Part shown: piece by piece, positions 18,242 to 26,764 of the stretch | Layout: each line of letters begins with the position of its first letter | Numbering within the stretch: the first letter of the stretch is position 1 | From: Nitrospirales bacterium | Lineage (GTDB): Bacteria; Nitrospirota; Nitrospiria; Nitrospirales; UBA8639 | DNA: 64,000 nt | Direction: 5' to 3' | Assembly: GCA_965261755.1 (NCBI GenBank) | Contig: OZ253473.1 | Location: 225,175 to 289,174, forward strand | The notes under the pieces: model-generated | Told to the model about the DNA's origin: nothing | Databases searched by the model: none | The model's input: the letters and a program-made list of their open reading frames with translations, nothing else | Translations under genes and position numbers: made by a program

Positions 18242-18664
18242 ATGGACGGCACAGAAAAAGTCGTAAAGCATCTGGAAATGACCCAAGCCGTTATCAACCG
18301 TTTGGGAAGCAACTCTTTCCTATTAAAAGGTTGGAGCATGACAATCATTGTCACTGCAATGGTTTTAATAGCCAGACATGACATACAACACCCATGTCTT
18401 ATCCTGTCCCTTATTATCCCCATCCTCGGATTTTGGACTCTGGATGGCTACTTTCTCTCGCAGGAAAGGTTGTTTCGGAAAATCTACGATGAGATCAGAC
18501 GTCAATCCGACACCGATTTTAAAATGGACGTGATGAAGCATAAAAATACGCCAAAATGCAGTTGGGCATCCGCCCTGTTTTCTCGCACGCTTAACATTTT
18601 CTATTTGGCAGAGGTTGGATTGACTGTTTTTGTGTTTTTCATAATTTCGGTGGGGGCATTATGA
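18242..18664 (+). CDS. Small 3-TM membrane protein, candidate effector partner of the TIR-like protein (possibly SLATT-like)
   Basis: Predicted TM segments are WSMTIIVTAMVLIA, CLILSLIIPILGFWTLDGYF and LNIFYLAEVGLTVFVFFIISVGAL, with a charged loop in between. Its stop overlaps the next gene's ATG (ATGA at 18661-18664). Confidence 0.6.
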   Translation: MDGTEKVVKHLEMTQAVINRLGSNSFLLKGWSMTIIVTAMVLIARHDIQHPCLILSLIIPILGFWTLDGYFLSQERLFRKIYDEIRRQSDTDFKMDVMKHKNTPKCSWASALFSRTLNIFYLAEVGLTVFVFFIISVGAL

Positions 18665-19251
18665 GAAGAGTATTTTTTAGTTTTGATTGGGACGACGTGT
18701 GGCGAGTCAACCAGGTCCGCAACAGTTGGGTTACAAAAGGCAACCATGAAATAGCAGGCTTTGTCGATGCGGCAGAGATAGAAAAGGTCAAGAACCAAAC
18801 GGACAAAGCAATCCAAAAATGGATAGATGAGCAGATGAGAGGAACATCTGTTACTTGTATCTTGATCGGCAGCAAAACAGATGAATGTAAATGGGTGAAA
18901 TACGAGATCGAAAAGAGCATTGAGAAAAAAAATGGCCTCTTGGGAGTCCTTATTCACAACTTAAAAGATGTTGCTGGCAAAACAGATGAAAGGGGATCTA
19001 ATCCCCTGGGCGATTACAATGAGGATGATTTTGGCGAGACAGTTAAAAGAGCTCTGCTTGGAGGGGGCGCTGGGTGGGGACTTGCAAGATTTGTTTTTCC
19101 TCAACTTGTCATTCCAGCCACTATTTTTGGAGCTGCTCTTGCCCTCCTAGCGTCAAATGACGATTACAAGATTTATGATTGGGATGAAGATGGCGGATAT
19201 AAAAACTTGGGCGACTGGATAGAAAAAGCCGCTGAACAAGTGGGTAGATAA
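18661..19251 (+). CDS. TIR-like domain protein (ThsB/DUF1863 type) with a C-terminal TM helix
   Basis: RVFFSFDWDDVWRVNQVRNSW and TSVTCILIGSKTDECKWVKYEIEKSIEKKNGLLGVLIH match the DUF1863/ThsB pattern, including the W..YEI glutamate. The C-terminal FVFPQLVIPATIFGAALALLA is hydrophobic. Confidence 0.7.
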   Translation: MRRVFFSFDWDDVWRVNQVRNSWVTKGNHEIAGFVDAAEIEKVKNQTDKAIQKWIDEQMRGTSVTCILIGSKTDECKWVKYEIEKSIEKKNGLLGVLIHNLKDVAGKTDERGSNPLGDYNEDDFGETVKRALLGGGAGWGLARFVFPQLVIPATIFGAALALLASNDDYKIYDWDEDGGYKNLGDWIEKAAEQVGR

Positions 19252-19267
19252 AGAGCACTGCCACAAA

Positions 19268-19966
19268 TTGGAAAATCTATCTGTGAAAACGACAAGCCCC
19301 TCACATCCGCGCAACCTGTATATGTTTGTGGATGAAGGCGGAAATTTCGACTTTTCCGAAAAAGGAACGGCTTTCTTTACCCTGACTTGTGTAGCAATAG
19401 AGCGTCCTTTCAGGATTTACCAACAAATTGATAACTACAAATACGATTTAATTGAACATGACTTTCCTTTGGAATTTTTTCACTGCGCCGAAGACAACAA
19501 GCACATCAGATCCAAAATGCTGAGTCTTATCAAAAAGTATCTATCAAAACTTCAAATTGACAGTTTGATTGTTGAGAAGCATAAGACTTCCCCTTCTCTT
19601 CAGGACCCAAAAGAATTCTATCCGCGTATGCTGGGCTACCTATTAGCCTATGTTTTGAGAGATTATCGATCCGGTCAATTCAAGAAAATAGTGATCATCA
19701 CAGACAGCATGCCGGAAGCGAGCAAACGCAAAGCAATGGAAAAATCAACCAAAGCGATTCTGGCAACAATGTTGCCCACAGGTACGAACTATACCATCCT
19801 GCATCATGCAGCCAAGTCTCACTACGGTCTCCAGATTGTTGACTATTGTAACTGGAGTATTTTCAGAAAATGGGAGCGTAGTGATAATGAACACTATGGC
19901 ATAATCGAATCGGCTATACGAAGCGAATTTGACATCTTTCTGACTGGAAAAAGAAGGTATTACTGA
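19268..19966 (+). CDS. DUF3800-family protein
   Basis: N-terminal LYMFVDEGGNFDF and C-terminal HYGLQIVDYCNWSI match the DUF3800 D-E-G...Q.aD pattern. The start is uncertain (TTG 19268, GTG 19283 or ATG 19322). Confidence 0.65.
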   Translation: MENLSVKTTSPSHPRNLYMFVDEGGNFDFSEKGTAFFTLTCVAIERPFRIYQQIDNYKYDLIEHDFPLEFFHCAEDNKHIRSKMLSLIKKYLSKLQIDSLIVEKHKTSPSLQDPKEFYPRMLGYLLAYVLRDYRSGQFKKIVIITDSMPEASKRKAMEKSTKAILATMLPTGTNYTILHHAAKSHYGLQIVDYCNWSIFRKWERSDNEHYGIIESAIRSEFDIFLTGKRRYY

Positions 19967-20100
19967 TGGGAGGGATAGAAACGACCTCCCCAACTACTCT
20001 GTTGCCAGAGAGAGCCCCTTGGGCTCTTTCATCGGGGAGGTACCTTTGTTGTAATCCTAAAACGGCAAAAAACAAAAGTCAAACAAGCGTTGCTCGCAAT

Positions 20101-20460
20101 ATCTGCACTTCCATAAAAGATAAAAACGACCTTCAACACCTGCTTGGCTATGAGCAATGGAAGAACTTTAAAACAGTTATTGACAAGACCAGAACTACCT
20201 GTGAGGTGGCGGGACATAATGTTTCCAATCATTTTGCCGACGTCGGCAAAACGATAAAAATGCCCAAAGGAGCGGAAAAGACCATAGATGATTTTATGCT
20301 CACCGGCTACACCTGCTACCTCATCGCCCAGAACGGCGACCTCGTAATATCACCAATAACGAAAACGTCCGGAATACTTTACTTGAAAGAGACATCAGAC
20401 CGGGAATTTTGCCGCCCGGCGAAGATGTGAAAAAAGTGGAATCGTCAACTCGACCGTCGC
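20101..20460 (+). pseudogene. dinD: DNA-damage-inducible protein D (DinD) remnant with an internal deletion/frameshift
   Basis: LLGYEQWKNFKTVIDKTRTTCEVAGHNVSNHFADV...FMLTGYTCYLIAQNGD matches the DinD core. After IAQNGD the conserved tail (NENVRNTLLERDIRPGILPPGEDVKKVE) appears only in another frame. The N-terminus is absent. Confidence 0.6.
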
Positions 20461-20568
20461 GGGCCGTTCCTTGATTATCGTCCTGCCGGTACAGTAACGT
20501 GAACCCTTCGTGTTTTTGAAAACGAAACTCTGAAAACTTGTTCGATCATTGAAGAAGGAGTGGCAGGA

Positions 20569-21744
20569 ATGAGTGGTGTGCCCATCACCTATGCTGAACG
20601 CATCAAGACGTTACCCCCGTATCTCTTTGCGGCCATTGACGAGATGAAGCAAGAGGCCATCGCTCGCGGGGTCAATATCATCAACCTGGGAATCGGCGAT
20701 CCCGACCTGCCCACACCCGAGCCTATCCTGCAACGCATGCAAAAGGCGGTGACCGATCCGCAGCATCATCAATATCCTTCTTCGAGCGGGATGTTGTCGT
20801 TTCGCACCGCGGTCGCCGGCTGGTACAAGCGACGCTTCAACGTGACCGTGGACCCCAAGTCCGAGGTAGTCACCTTAATCGGGTCAAAGGAGGGCATCGG
20901 CCACGTCCCCTTGGCCTTTATCGACCCGGGCGACGTCGTCCTCGTCCCAAGCCCAGGGTATCCCGTGTATCCGGTGGCTACCAGCTTTGCCGGCGGCACC
21001 GCCCATGAGATGCCCCTGTTGAAACAAAATGGGTTCCTTCCCGACCTGGATGCGATTCCCCCGGACGTGGCCCGAAAAGCCAAACTGATGTTTTTGAATT
21101 CGCCGAACAATCCCACGTCGGTCATTGCGGACACGGCATTTTTCGCCCGCGTGATTGCGTTTGCGAAAGAGCATCACGTCATCGTGTGCCACGATGCGGC
21201 GTATTCGGAAATTTTCTATGACGGCCACCGGCCGTCGAGTTTTCTGGAGGCGGAAGGCGCCATGGACGTGGGGATCGAGTTTCACTCATTGTCCAAGACG
21301 TTCAACATGACGGGCTGGCGGCTCGGGTTTGCCGTGGGCCGTGCCGAAGTGATTGCAGGGTTGAGCCAGATCAAAAGCAATTTGGATTCGGGACAATTTC
21401 AAGCCGTTCAAGAAGCCGGGATCACAGCCTTGGAGTCCGACGATCGACTCACCGCCGGGCTCCGGGGCATCTACCAGGAACGCCGTGACGTGTTGGTCGC
21501 GGGCTTGAGAAATCTCGGGCTCGAGTTTGAGACGCCCTCGGCGACGTTCTACGTCTGGATCGAGGTGCCTCAAGGCTATACCTCTGCGTCCTTTACGGCA
21601 CACCTGTTGGAAAAGGCCGGGATCGTGACCACTCCGGGAAACGGGTTCGGGGCTCCGGGCGAAGGCTACATTCGCATGGCCCTCACCACGACGAAAGAGC
21701 GATTAGCCGAAGCCGTGGATCGGCTCAAACAAATCGGGTGGTAA
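20569..21744 (+). CDS. dapL: LL-diaminopimelate aminotransferase (class I/II aminotransferase)
   Basis: RIKTLPPYLFAAIDEMK...INLGIGDPDLPTP and the PLP lysine context SLSKTFNMTGWRLGF. ATG 20569 follows GGAG and is preferred over GTG 20560. Confidence 0.7.
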   Translation: MSGVPITYAERIKTLPPYLFAAIDEMKQEAIARGVNIINLGIGDPDLPTPEPILQRMQKAVTDPQHHQYPSSSGMLSFRTAVAGWYKRRFNVTVDPKSEVVTLIGSKEGIGHVPLAFIDPGDVVLVPSPGYPVYPVATSFAGGTAHEMPLLKQNGFLPDLDAIPPDVARKAKLMFLNSPNNPTSVIADTAFFARVIAFAKEHHVIVCHDAAYSEIFYDGHRPSSFLEAEGAMDVGIEFHSLSKTFNMTGWRLGFAVGRAEVIAGLSQIKSNLDSGQFQAVQEAGITALESDDRLTAGLRGIYQERRDVLVAGLRNLGLEFETPSATFYVWIEVPQGYTSASFTAHLLEKAGIVTTPGNGFGAPGEGYIRMALTTTKERLAEAVDRLKQIGW

Positions 21745-21810
21745 CAACTCCTCCCTCATCGCGCGTGACGCCACGACGACGGAAAGCGGGGACGTGAATA
21801 CGGTGAAAAG

Positions 21811-22368
21811 ATGAGCGTCGAAACCGTCTTTATCGCCTTTGGATCGAACCAGGGAAACCGGCGGGACTTTTGTGACCGGGCCGTGGCCTTGATGGTCCTT
21901 CTTCCTCATTCCACGCTGACGGGCGTCTCTTCGTATTACGAGACCGAACCAATCGACATGGCTCACGAGCACGACGACACGTGGTTTTATAACGGGGTCG
22001 TTCGTCTTGAGACGCAACTCCAGCCGGAACACCTGTTGGCCATTTGCCAGGAAACGGAACGAGGCCTCGGTCGTGACTCCGCGCTTCGAAACGTGTCCCG
22101 CCCCATTGATTTGGATCTATTGTTCTATGGACAACGGATCATCGAGACCCCGTTGCTCGCCATTCCGCATCCCCGTCTCCATCAACGGCGATTCGTCCTG
22201 GTGCCAATGGCCGAACTCGATCCGGACTGGATCCATCCGCAATACGAGCAAACGGTGCAAGCCTTGCTCGACCGGCTGACGGATTCCCACCACGTGCGAA
22301 AGCTCGACGTCGTGCCCGGTTCTCATTTCGCCACCCGACCGTCGTGCACGCTGCCTCCCGCTGACTAA
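21811..22368 (+). CDS. folK: 2-amino-4-hydroxy-6-hydroxymethyldihydropteridine diphosphokinase
   Basis: FIAFGSNQGNR, YETEP, RPIDLDLLFYG and IPHPRLHQRRFVLVPMAEL are the canonical HPPK motifs. Confidence 0.9.
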   Translation: MSVETVFIAFGSNQGNRRDFCDRAVALMVLLPHSTLTGVSSYYETEPIDMAHEHDDTWFYNGVVRLETQLQPEHLLAICQETERGLGRDSALRNVSRPIDLDLLFYGQRIIETPLLAIPHPRLHQRRFVLVPMAELDPDWIHPQYEQTVQALLDRLTDSHHVRKLDVVPGSHFATRPSCTLPPAD

Positions 22369-23217
22369 ATGCGCATCATCCAAACGACTCAGTCCCTGCG
22401 AACCTGGCGACGCCGGCACGATCCGCTCCGGACTTCGATCGGGCTGGTCCCGACCATGGGGGCGTTGCATGCCGGCCATCGGTCGTTGATACAACGCGCG
22501 CGGCGAACGTGCGGCACGGTCGTGGTCAGCATTTTCGTGAACCCGCTCCAGTTCGGCCCGGCCGAGGATTACCGTCGCTATCCGAGAGATCTGTCGCAGG
22601 ATCTCGTGCGCTGTCGTGAAGAGAACGTCGATCTCGTCTTTATTCCGAAATTGGAAACCCTCTACCCTCAAGATTTTCAAACGACCGTCGCCGTCAGGAC
22701 GCTTTCCCGGCGATGGGAGGGAGAACAGCGACCGACGCATTTTCAGGGCGTGACCACGGTCGTGACCAAACTGTTGAACCTTGTCCGTCCGACTCGTGCG
22801 TTCTTCGGTCAAAAGGACTACCAGCAATGTTGCGTGATCCGGCAATTGGTGCAGGACCTCGACGTCGACACACGAGTCACCCTGTGCCCGACCATTCGCG
22901 AGTCCGACGGGTTCGCCCTGAGTTCACGCAATGACTATGTGACGCAATCGCAACGCCAGCGGGCTCTGGCCCTCTATCAGGCCCTGTCAGCCGGAAAGGC
23001 CGCGATCGCAGGAGGGATGCGCCGCGCAGACCTGGTCGAAAAGAACATGGCGAAAGTCCTCGACGCAGGGCACGGACTCGCCATCGACTACCTGGCGTGT
23101 TGCGATGCCCGCACGCTTGAACCGCTTTCACGTCTCCGGGAAACCGTCGTCCTACTCGGCGCGATCAGGATCGGAGGGGTTCGCTTCATCGATAACCTCA
23201 TCGTCCGGATTCGATGA
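22369..23217 (+). CDS. panC: Pantoate--beta-alanine ligase
   Basis: GLVPTMGALHAGHRSLI (HIGH-like), FVNPLQF and FGQKDYQQ. The ATG immediately follows the folK stop. Confidence 0.9.
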   Translation: MRIIQTTQSLRTWRRRHDPLRTSIGLVPTMGALHAGHRSLIQRARRTCGTVVVSIFVNPLQFGPAEDYRRYPRDLSQDLVRCREENVDLVFIPKLETLYPQDFQTTVAVRTLSRRWEGEQRPTHFQGVTTVVTKLLNLVRPTRAFFGQKDYQQCCVIRQLVQDLDVDTRVTLCPTIRESDGFALSSRNDYVTQSQRQRALALYQALSAGKAAIAGGMRRADLVEKNMAKVLDAGHGLAIDYLACCDARTLEPLSRLRETVVLLGAIRIGGVRFIDNLIVRIR

Positions 23218-24156
23218 TAAAGTCGTTTGTCCCCGGGCACACCGGAACCCGATATTGGGCGAACGCGTTGCAGGCGTCGCTCCATTGCGGGTGGCCGTTC
23301 GCAAGATCTGCGGCCGGCTTCGCCACGACCCGCCTCGCACGCTTTTATACCGCCCGGCCTCGGAACCCTGGGGATTCCGTTCGGACATCAGGGGATAGGA
23401 GTCCGGACCAAACCAATCGTGCACCCATTCCCGCACGTTGCCGGCCATGTGATGGAGCCCGTACGGGCTCCGGCCCTCTTCAAAACTATCCACGGCCGCA
23501 ACCAATGGGATCTGGTGAACGTGATACAACCCGAACACCGCCAAGTCCGGGGTGGGCGGATCGGCGCCCCAGGGAAACACCCGGCCTTCGGTTCCACGGG
23601 CGGCCTTTTCCCATTCGGCCTCGGTGGGCAACCGTTTGCCACGGGTTCGACAAAATTGATCCGCTTCGTCCCACGTCACGTATAAGGCCGGCCACCGCGC
23701 CATCACGTAGTCCGGGAGAACATGGACGTCGATCAGATGCCAGATCAGATGACGCAGCTTGAGCGGAACCGGAAGACCGTGCCCGTTCAGAAACGCCATG
23801 TACTCGGCCATGCTCACTTCATCGCGATCAAGTGAATACGCATCCAGCCAGATCCGCCGCTGTGGAAACTCCGTGTTGTCATACTGCGTTTCCAACCCGA
23901 ACGGATCATCATCTTTACGCACGGTCCCCATGAGGAACCATCCTGCAGGAATCTTCACCATCGGAGACGGTTGAGATAACCCGGCGATCGCCGTCAGATG
24001 GGGCTCCAACTCCGGCGGCGGAGCCGGATCGTTGTTTTCCTTAGCAGCGCTTTCCAAGCCTGCGACACAGCAGATCAGGAAAACCGTCACAACCCCCAGG
24101 TATGCCGAGGCGGTCCGGGAGGAAGCCCCGGTCGATAGAGCGATCCGCTCGCTCAC
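23152..24156 (-). CDS. Formylglycine-generating-enzyme family (SUMF1/FGE-sulfatase domain) protein, secreted or anchored
   Basis: FLMGT, WDEADQFC, RLPTEAEWEKAARG, NVREWVHDW, RGGSW and IGFRCAR. The GTG start at 24156 overlaps the upstream gene's stop (GTGA) and yields the hydrophobic N-terminus LGVVTVFLICCVAG. The track start 24345 would overlap the upstream gene. Confidence 0.75.
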   Translation of the reverse strand: MSERIALSTGASSRTASAYLGVVTVFLICCVAGLESAAKENNDPAPPPELEPHLTAIAGLSQPSPMVKIPAGWFLMGTVRKDDDPFGLETQYDNTEFPQRRIWLDAYSLDRDEVSMAEYMAFLNGHGLPVPLKLRHLIWHLIDVHVLPDYVMARWPALYVTWDEADQFCRTRGKRLPTEAEWEKAARGTEGRVFPWGADPPTPDLAVFGLYHVHQIPLVAAVDSFEEGRSPYGLHHMAGNVREWVHDWFGPDSYPLMSERNPQGSEAGRYKSVRGGSWRSRPQILRTATRNGATPATRSPNIGFRCARGQTTLSSNPDDEVIDEANPSDPDRAE

Positions 24157-25072
24157 TTGCCGGCCCGTTCGGAAAATCCCGTCAGGGGGCTCCTGAGCAG
24201 GATGAGTTGGCCGCCTTCGACCAACTTGCGCGTTGCGATCATGCCATCGCGTATCGTGTGGGCCTGGACCGTGGCAAGCAACACCCGTTCTCCAACGCGG
24301 GAATCGAAGAGATGCGTGACGTCGAGAATCCCGGACGACTCCCATTCTCCAATCGCACCGGGCCTTTCATCGGTGCTGCCTTTGGGCAACACGACGGACC
24401 GATCGATCCGGGCAATCCGTTGCACATCGCCCGTGAGAGGATCCAGACGCCAAAGTGAAGCCTCCTGTCCCGAATGACTTCCAAAAAGCGGTTCTCGTTG
24501 TTTCGCATTGTCTTCCTGGATGTAGATGAATCCATCCTCCGCCCAATCCAGGTTATCCGGGCTGCGAATCCCCTCGTCGGGGTGTGAAAACCGCCCGCCG
24601 CCGGCATCATCGCCGTCGTATAAAATTTTGAGCGTGGCCTTCATCCCCTTCATATCGACGTCAATCTGGTAAATGGTCCCCCACGCATCATGACCGGGAA
24701 ACACCGTATCCCGCCCCGTCGCGGCCAGGACCGCTCTCGTGCCGATGGAGGGATGCGTGCTCACGTCTTCCGGCCGGGAAAATTGAAAAGCTCCCCCGGC
24801 TTTCGCCTCTCGCCGAAGCGTCAATCCCGTTTTATAGCCAAACGGGTCATATCCTTTTTCTCCGGCTTTCGCCTTGTCCAACACCTGAATCTTCTTCCAG
24901 ACGCCGGTGAGGGTGGAGCCCGTTCCGTTAAATTGCGCCACCGTTCGCACTCCATGCTCCGCAACGAAGTAATACAATTGCCCCACGAGTAACCCGTTCC
25001 GGTTCAGGAACATCGCGTTTGCCGGGTCAACGCCGGGAGGAAGCGCCTTTTCAACCGTCGAGGCATTTTTTT
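24153..25072 (-). pseudogene. PhoX/DUF839-like phosphatase gene, 3' portion, separated from its 5' portion by an IS insertion
   Basis: FSRPEDV, WGTIYQID, GIRSPDNLDWAEDGFIYIQED, SLWRLDP, WESSGILDV. Reading upstream across the TSD restores the frame with the fragment at 26765-27604. Confidence 0.75.
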
Positions 25073-25094
25073 GGGAATTATATATTTAAATCCC

Positions 25095-25123
25095 TTGACA
25101 ATGAGTAGGGACTCGTGTATATT
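25095..25123 (+). promoter_or_regulatory. Near-consensus sigma70-type promoter inside the IS left end
   Basis: TTGACA (25095-25100), a 17-nt spacer, then TATATT (25118-25123), directly upstream of the IS ORFs. Confidence 0.55.
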
Positions 25124-25165
25124 AGCAGCATGATGATTGATAACAACCAACAAGGAGTCGAGACC

Positions 25166-25336
25166 ATGACCTACCAACAAGCCAAGGAAGAAACTGAAAA
25201 AGGCAACTACAGTGACGAGGTGTTGGCTGCCCTCAATGCCGAGTATGATCGGATTGCCATGGCGGAAAAAGCGTTGGATGGTCCTGAGTACACCGGATGG
25301 ACCGGCGCGAACGACGATCGAATCCTTAACAGCTAA
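25166..25336 (+). CDS. IS-borne hypothetical 56-aa acidic protein
   Basis: ATG 25166 follows AAGGAG: MTYQQAKEETEKGNYSDEVLAALNAEYDRIAMAEKALDGPEYTGW... No domain recognised. Confidence 0.45.
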   Translation: MTYQQAKEETEKGNYSDEVLAALNAEYDRIAMAEKALDGPEYTGWTGANDDRILNS

Positions 25337-25352
25337 AAATAAGGAGGACGCG

Positions 25353-25715
25353 ATGACAGACACCATCCAACAACTCACACCGTATGGCACCCCGTATTGT
25401 GCCGAGTGTGACCAAGAGTTACGAGGCACCCTAAGCGATGCTACCGACAACCTCTCGTCCTGTTGCGGAGCCGAATTACGGGAGACGGAGTACTGGTTAA
25501 TGGGCTCAAGGCGGGACTCCTCGCAACAAGCAGCTAGCTCAAATAATAACTCGACTGGCGTTACTGTGATCGAGTCCAGGGGCAAACCCGCAGACACACG
25601 TGGCGAATGCTACTCCATGTGGGATGAGACATGGCCGATCCATAAGGCTACGCTCGGAGATCTTAAGCGATATGGCTACATAGGCCTCGGCGGGGAGTGG
25701 AAGGAGTGGGGATGA
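25353..25715 (+). CDS. IS-borne hypothetical 120-aa protein with a CxxC...CC motif
   Basis: ATG 25353 follows AAGGAGG. The protein contains YCAECDQELRG...SSCCGAEL. Its stop overlaps the transposase ATG (ATGA at 25712-25715). Confidence 0.5.
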   Translation: MTDTIQQLTPYGTPYCAECDQELRGTLSDATDNLSSCCGAELRETEYWLMGSRRDSSQQAASSNNNSTGVTVIESRGKPADTRGECYSMWDETWPIHKATLGDLKRYGYIGLGGEWKEWG

Positions 25716-26635
25716 CCGATAAACTCACCATCAGCATTTTACAACTCGCCGAAAAATTCCCCACCGAAGACGCGGCGCGCCAGTACTTAGAGGCGCGCCG
25801 GTGGCCGAACGGAGTCCGGTGCCCAGTGTGCGCCCAAGGCGACAACATCACGACCCGCAAGCGCCACGGCTACTACCGCTGCAATCCCTGCCGCGAGGAT
25901 TTTACCGTCCGCACCTGCACCGTGATGGAGCGATCCCACGTACCGCTCCACAAATGGCTCTACGCGATGTATTTTGTCGTCACCTCACGGAAAGGGCATT
26001 CATCACTACAACTCTCCAAGGAGATCGGCTTGACGCAAAAAACGGCCTGGTTTTTACTCCACCGACTCCGCGAGGCGTGCGGGTCTGAATTGCCAAAACT
26101 CCGGGGCACCGTCGAGGTTGACGAAACCTATATAGGCGGGCGCGAAGAGAATAAGCACGAACGGAAAAAACTGAAACTCGGACGCGGGACAGTGGGGAAA
26201 ACGCCGGTCCTAGGACTCCGTGAACGCGGCGGAAAAACCATAGCGGTCCCCGTCCGACACGTCACAGCCGAAACGCTCCTCAATCGTATACATGCCCACG
26301 TCGAGGTTGGCTCTACGATCCACAGCGATGCGGCGTCTGCCTATGACAACGCCGGTGGATTGTTTTTCCGGCATGAAACGGTCAACCACAGCGCCAAAGA
26401 GTACGTGCGAGGAACCGTCACCACCAACGGCATTGAATCGGTGTTTGCCGTGCTCAAGCGTGGGCTGCACGGGGTCTATCATCACGCCTCGCCCAAACAC
26501 CTGGGGCGCTACGTCAGTGAGTTTGCCTGGCGGCTCAACGAGGGGAATTGTCAACGTCACACCCTGGATCGATTGGACAGTTTTGTTGACGCCACCGTAG
26601 GACGGCGGTTGACCTATCGGGAGTTAACACAATGA
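25712..26635 (+). CDS. IS1595-family (ISXO2-like) DDE transposase
   Basis: N-terminal zinc ribbon RWPNGVRCPVCAQGDNITTRKRHGYYRCNPCREDFTV, then VEVDETYIGG, IHSDAASAY, HETVNHS and TNGIESVFAVLKR (DDE_Tnp_IS1595 pattern). Confidence 0.9.
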   Translation: MTDKLTISILQLAEKFPTEDAARQYLEARRWPNGVRCPVCAQGDNITTRKRHGYYRCNPCREDFTVRTCTVMERSHVPLHKWLYAMYFVVTSRKGHSSLQLSKEIGLTQKTAWFLLHRLREACGSELPKLRGTVEVDETYIGGREENKHERKKLKLGRGTVGKTPVLGLRERGGKTIAVPVRHVTAETLLNRIHAHVEVGSTIHSDAASAYDNAGGLFFRHETVNHSAKEYVRGTVTTNGIESVFAVLKRGLHGVYHHASPKHLGRYVSEFAWRLNEGNCQRHTLDRLDSFVDATVGRRLTYRELTQ

Positions 26636-26751
26636 CGGCGCCCGTGATTTTGCAGCGCGTCATCGATCTGGTTGTGGGATACAAACCCAAGCCGACAACC
26701 CAGGCCGCGAAAAAGAGAGTACGGAAAAAGCCTAAGAAGAAAAGGACTTAA
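26632..26751 (+). CDS. IS-borne 39-aa Lys/Arg-rich ORF ending inside IRR (tentative)
   Basis: Own translation: MTAPVILQRVIDLVVGYKPKPTTQAAKKRVRKKPKKKRT*. Its ATG overlaps the transposase stop (ATGA at 26632-26635). Confidence 0.35.
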   Translation: MTAPVILQRVIDLVVGYKPKPTTQAAKKRVRKKPKKKRT

Positions 26752-26764
26752 GTACATAATTCCC

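Larger units (their letters stand above)
25073..26764 (+). mobile_element. IS1595-family insertion sequence (ISXO2-like transposase), 1692 bp, with 21-nt imperfect IRs and an 8-bp TSD
   Basis: IRL is GGGAATTATATATTTAAATCC (25073-25093). The reverse complement of IRR (26744-26764) is GGGAATTATGTACTTAAGTCC, an 18/21 match. The direct repeat ATTTTTTT lies at 25065-25072 and 26765-26772. Confidence 0.9.
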
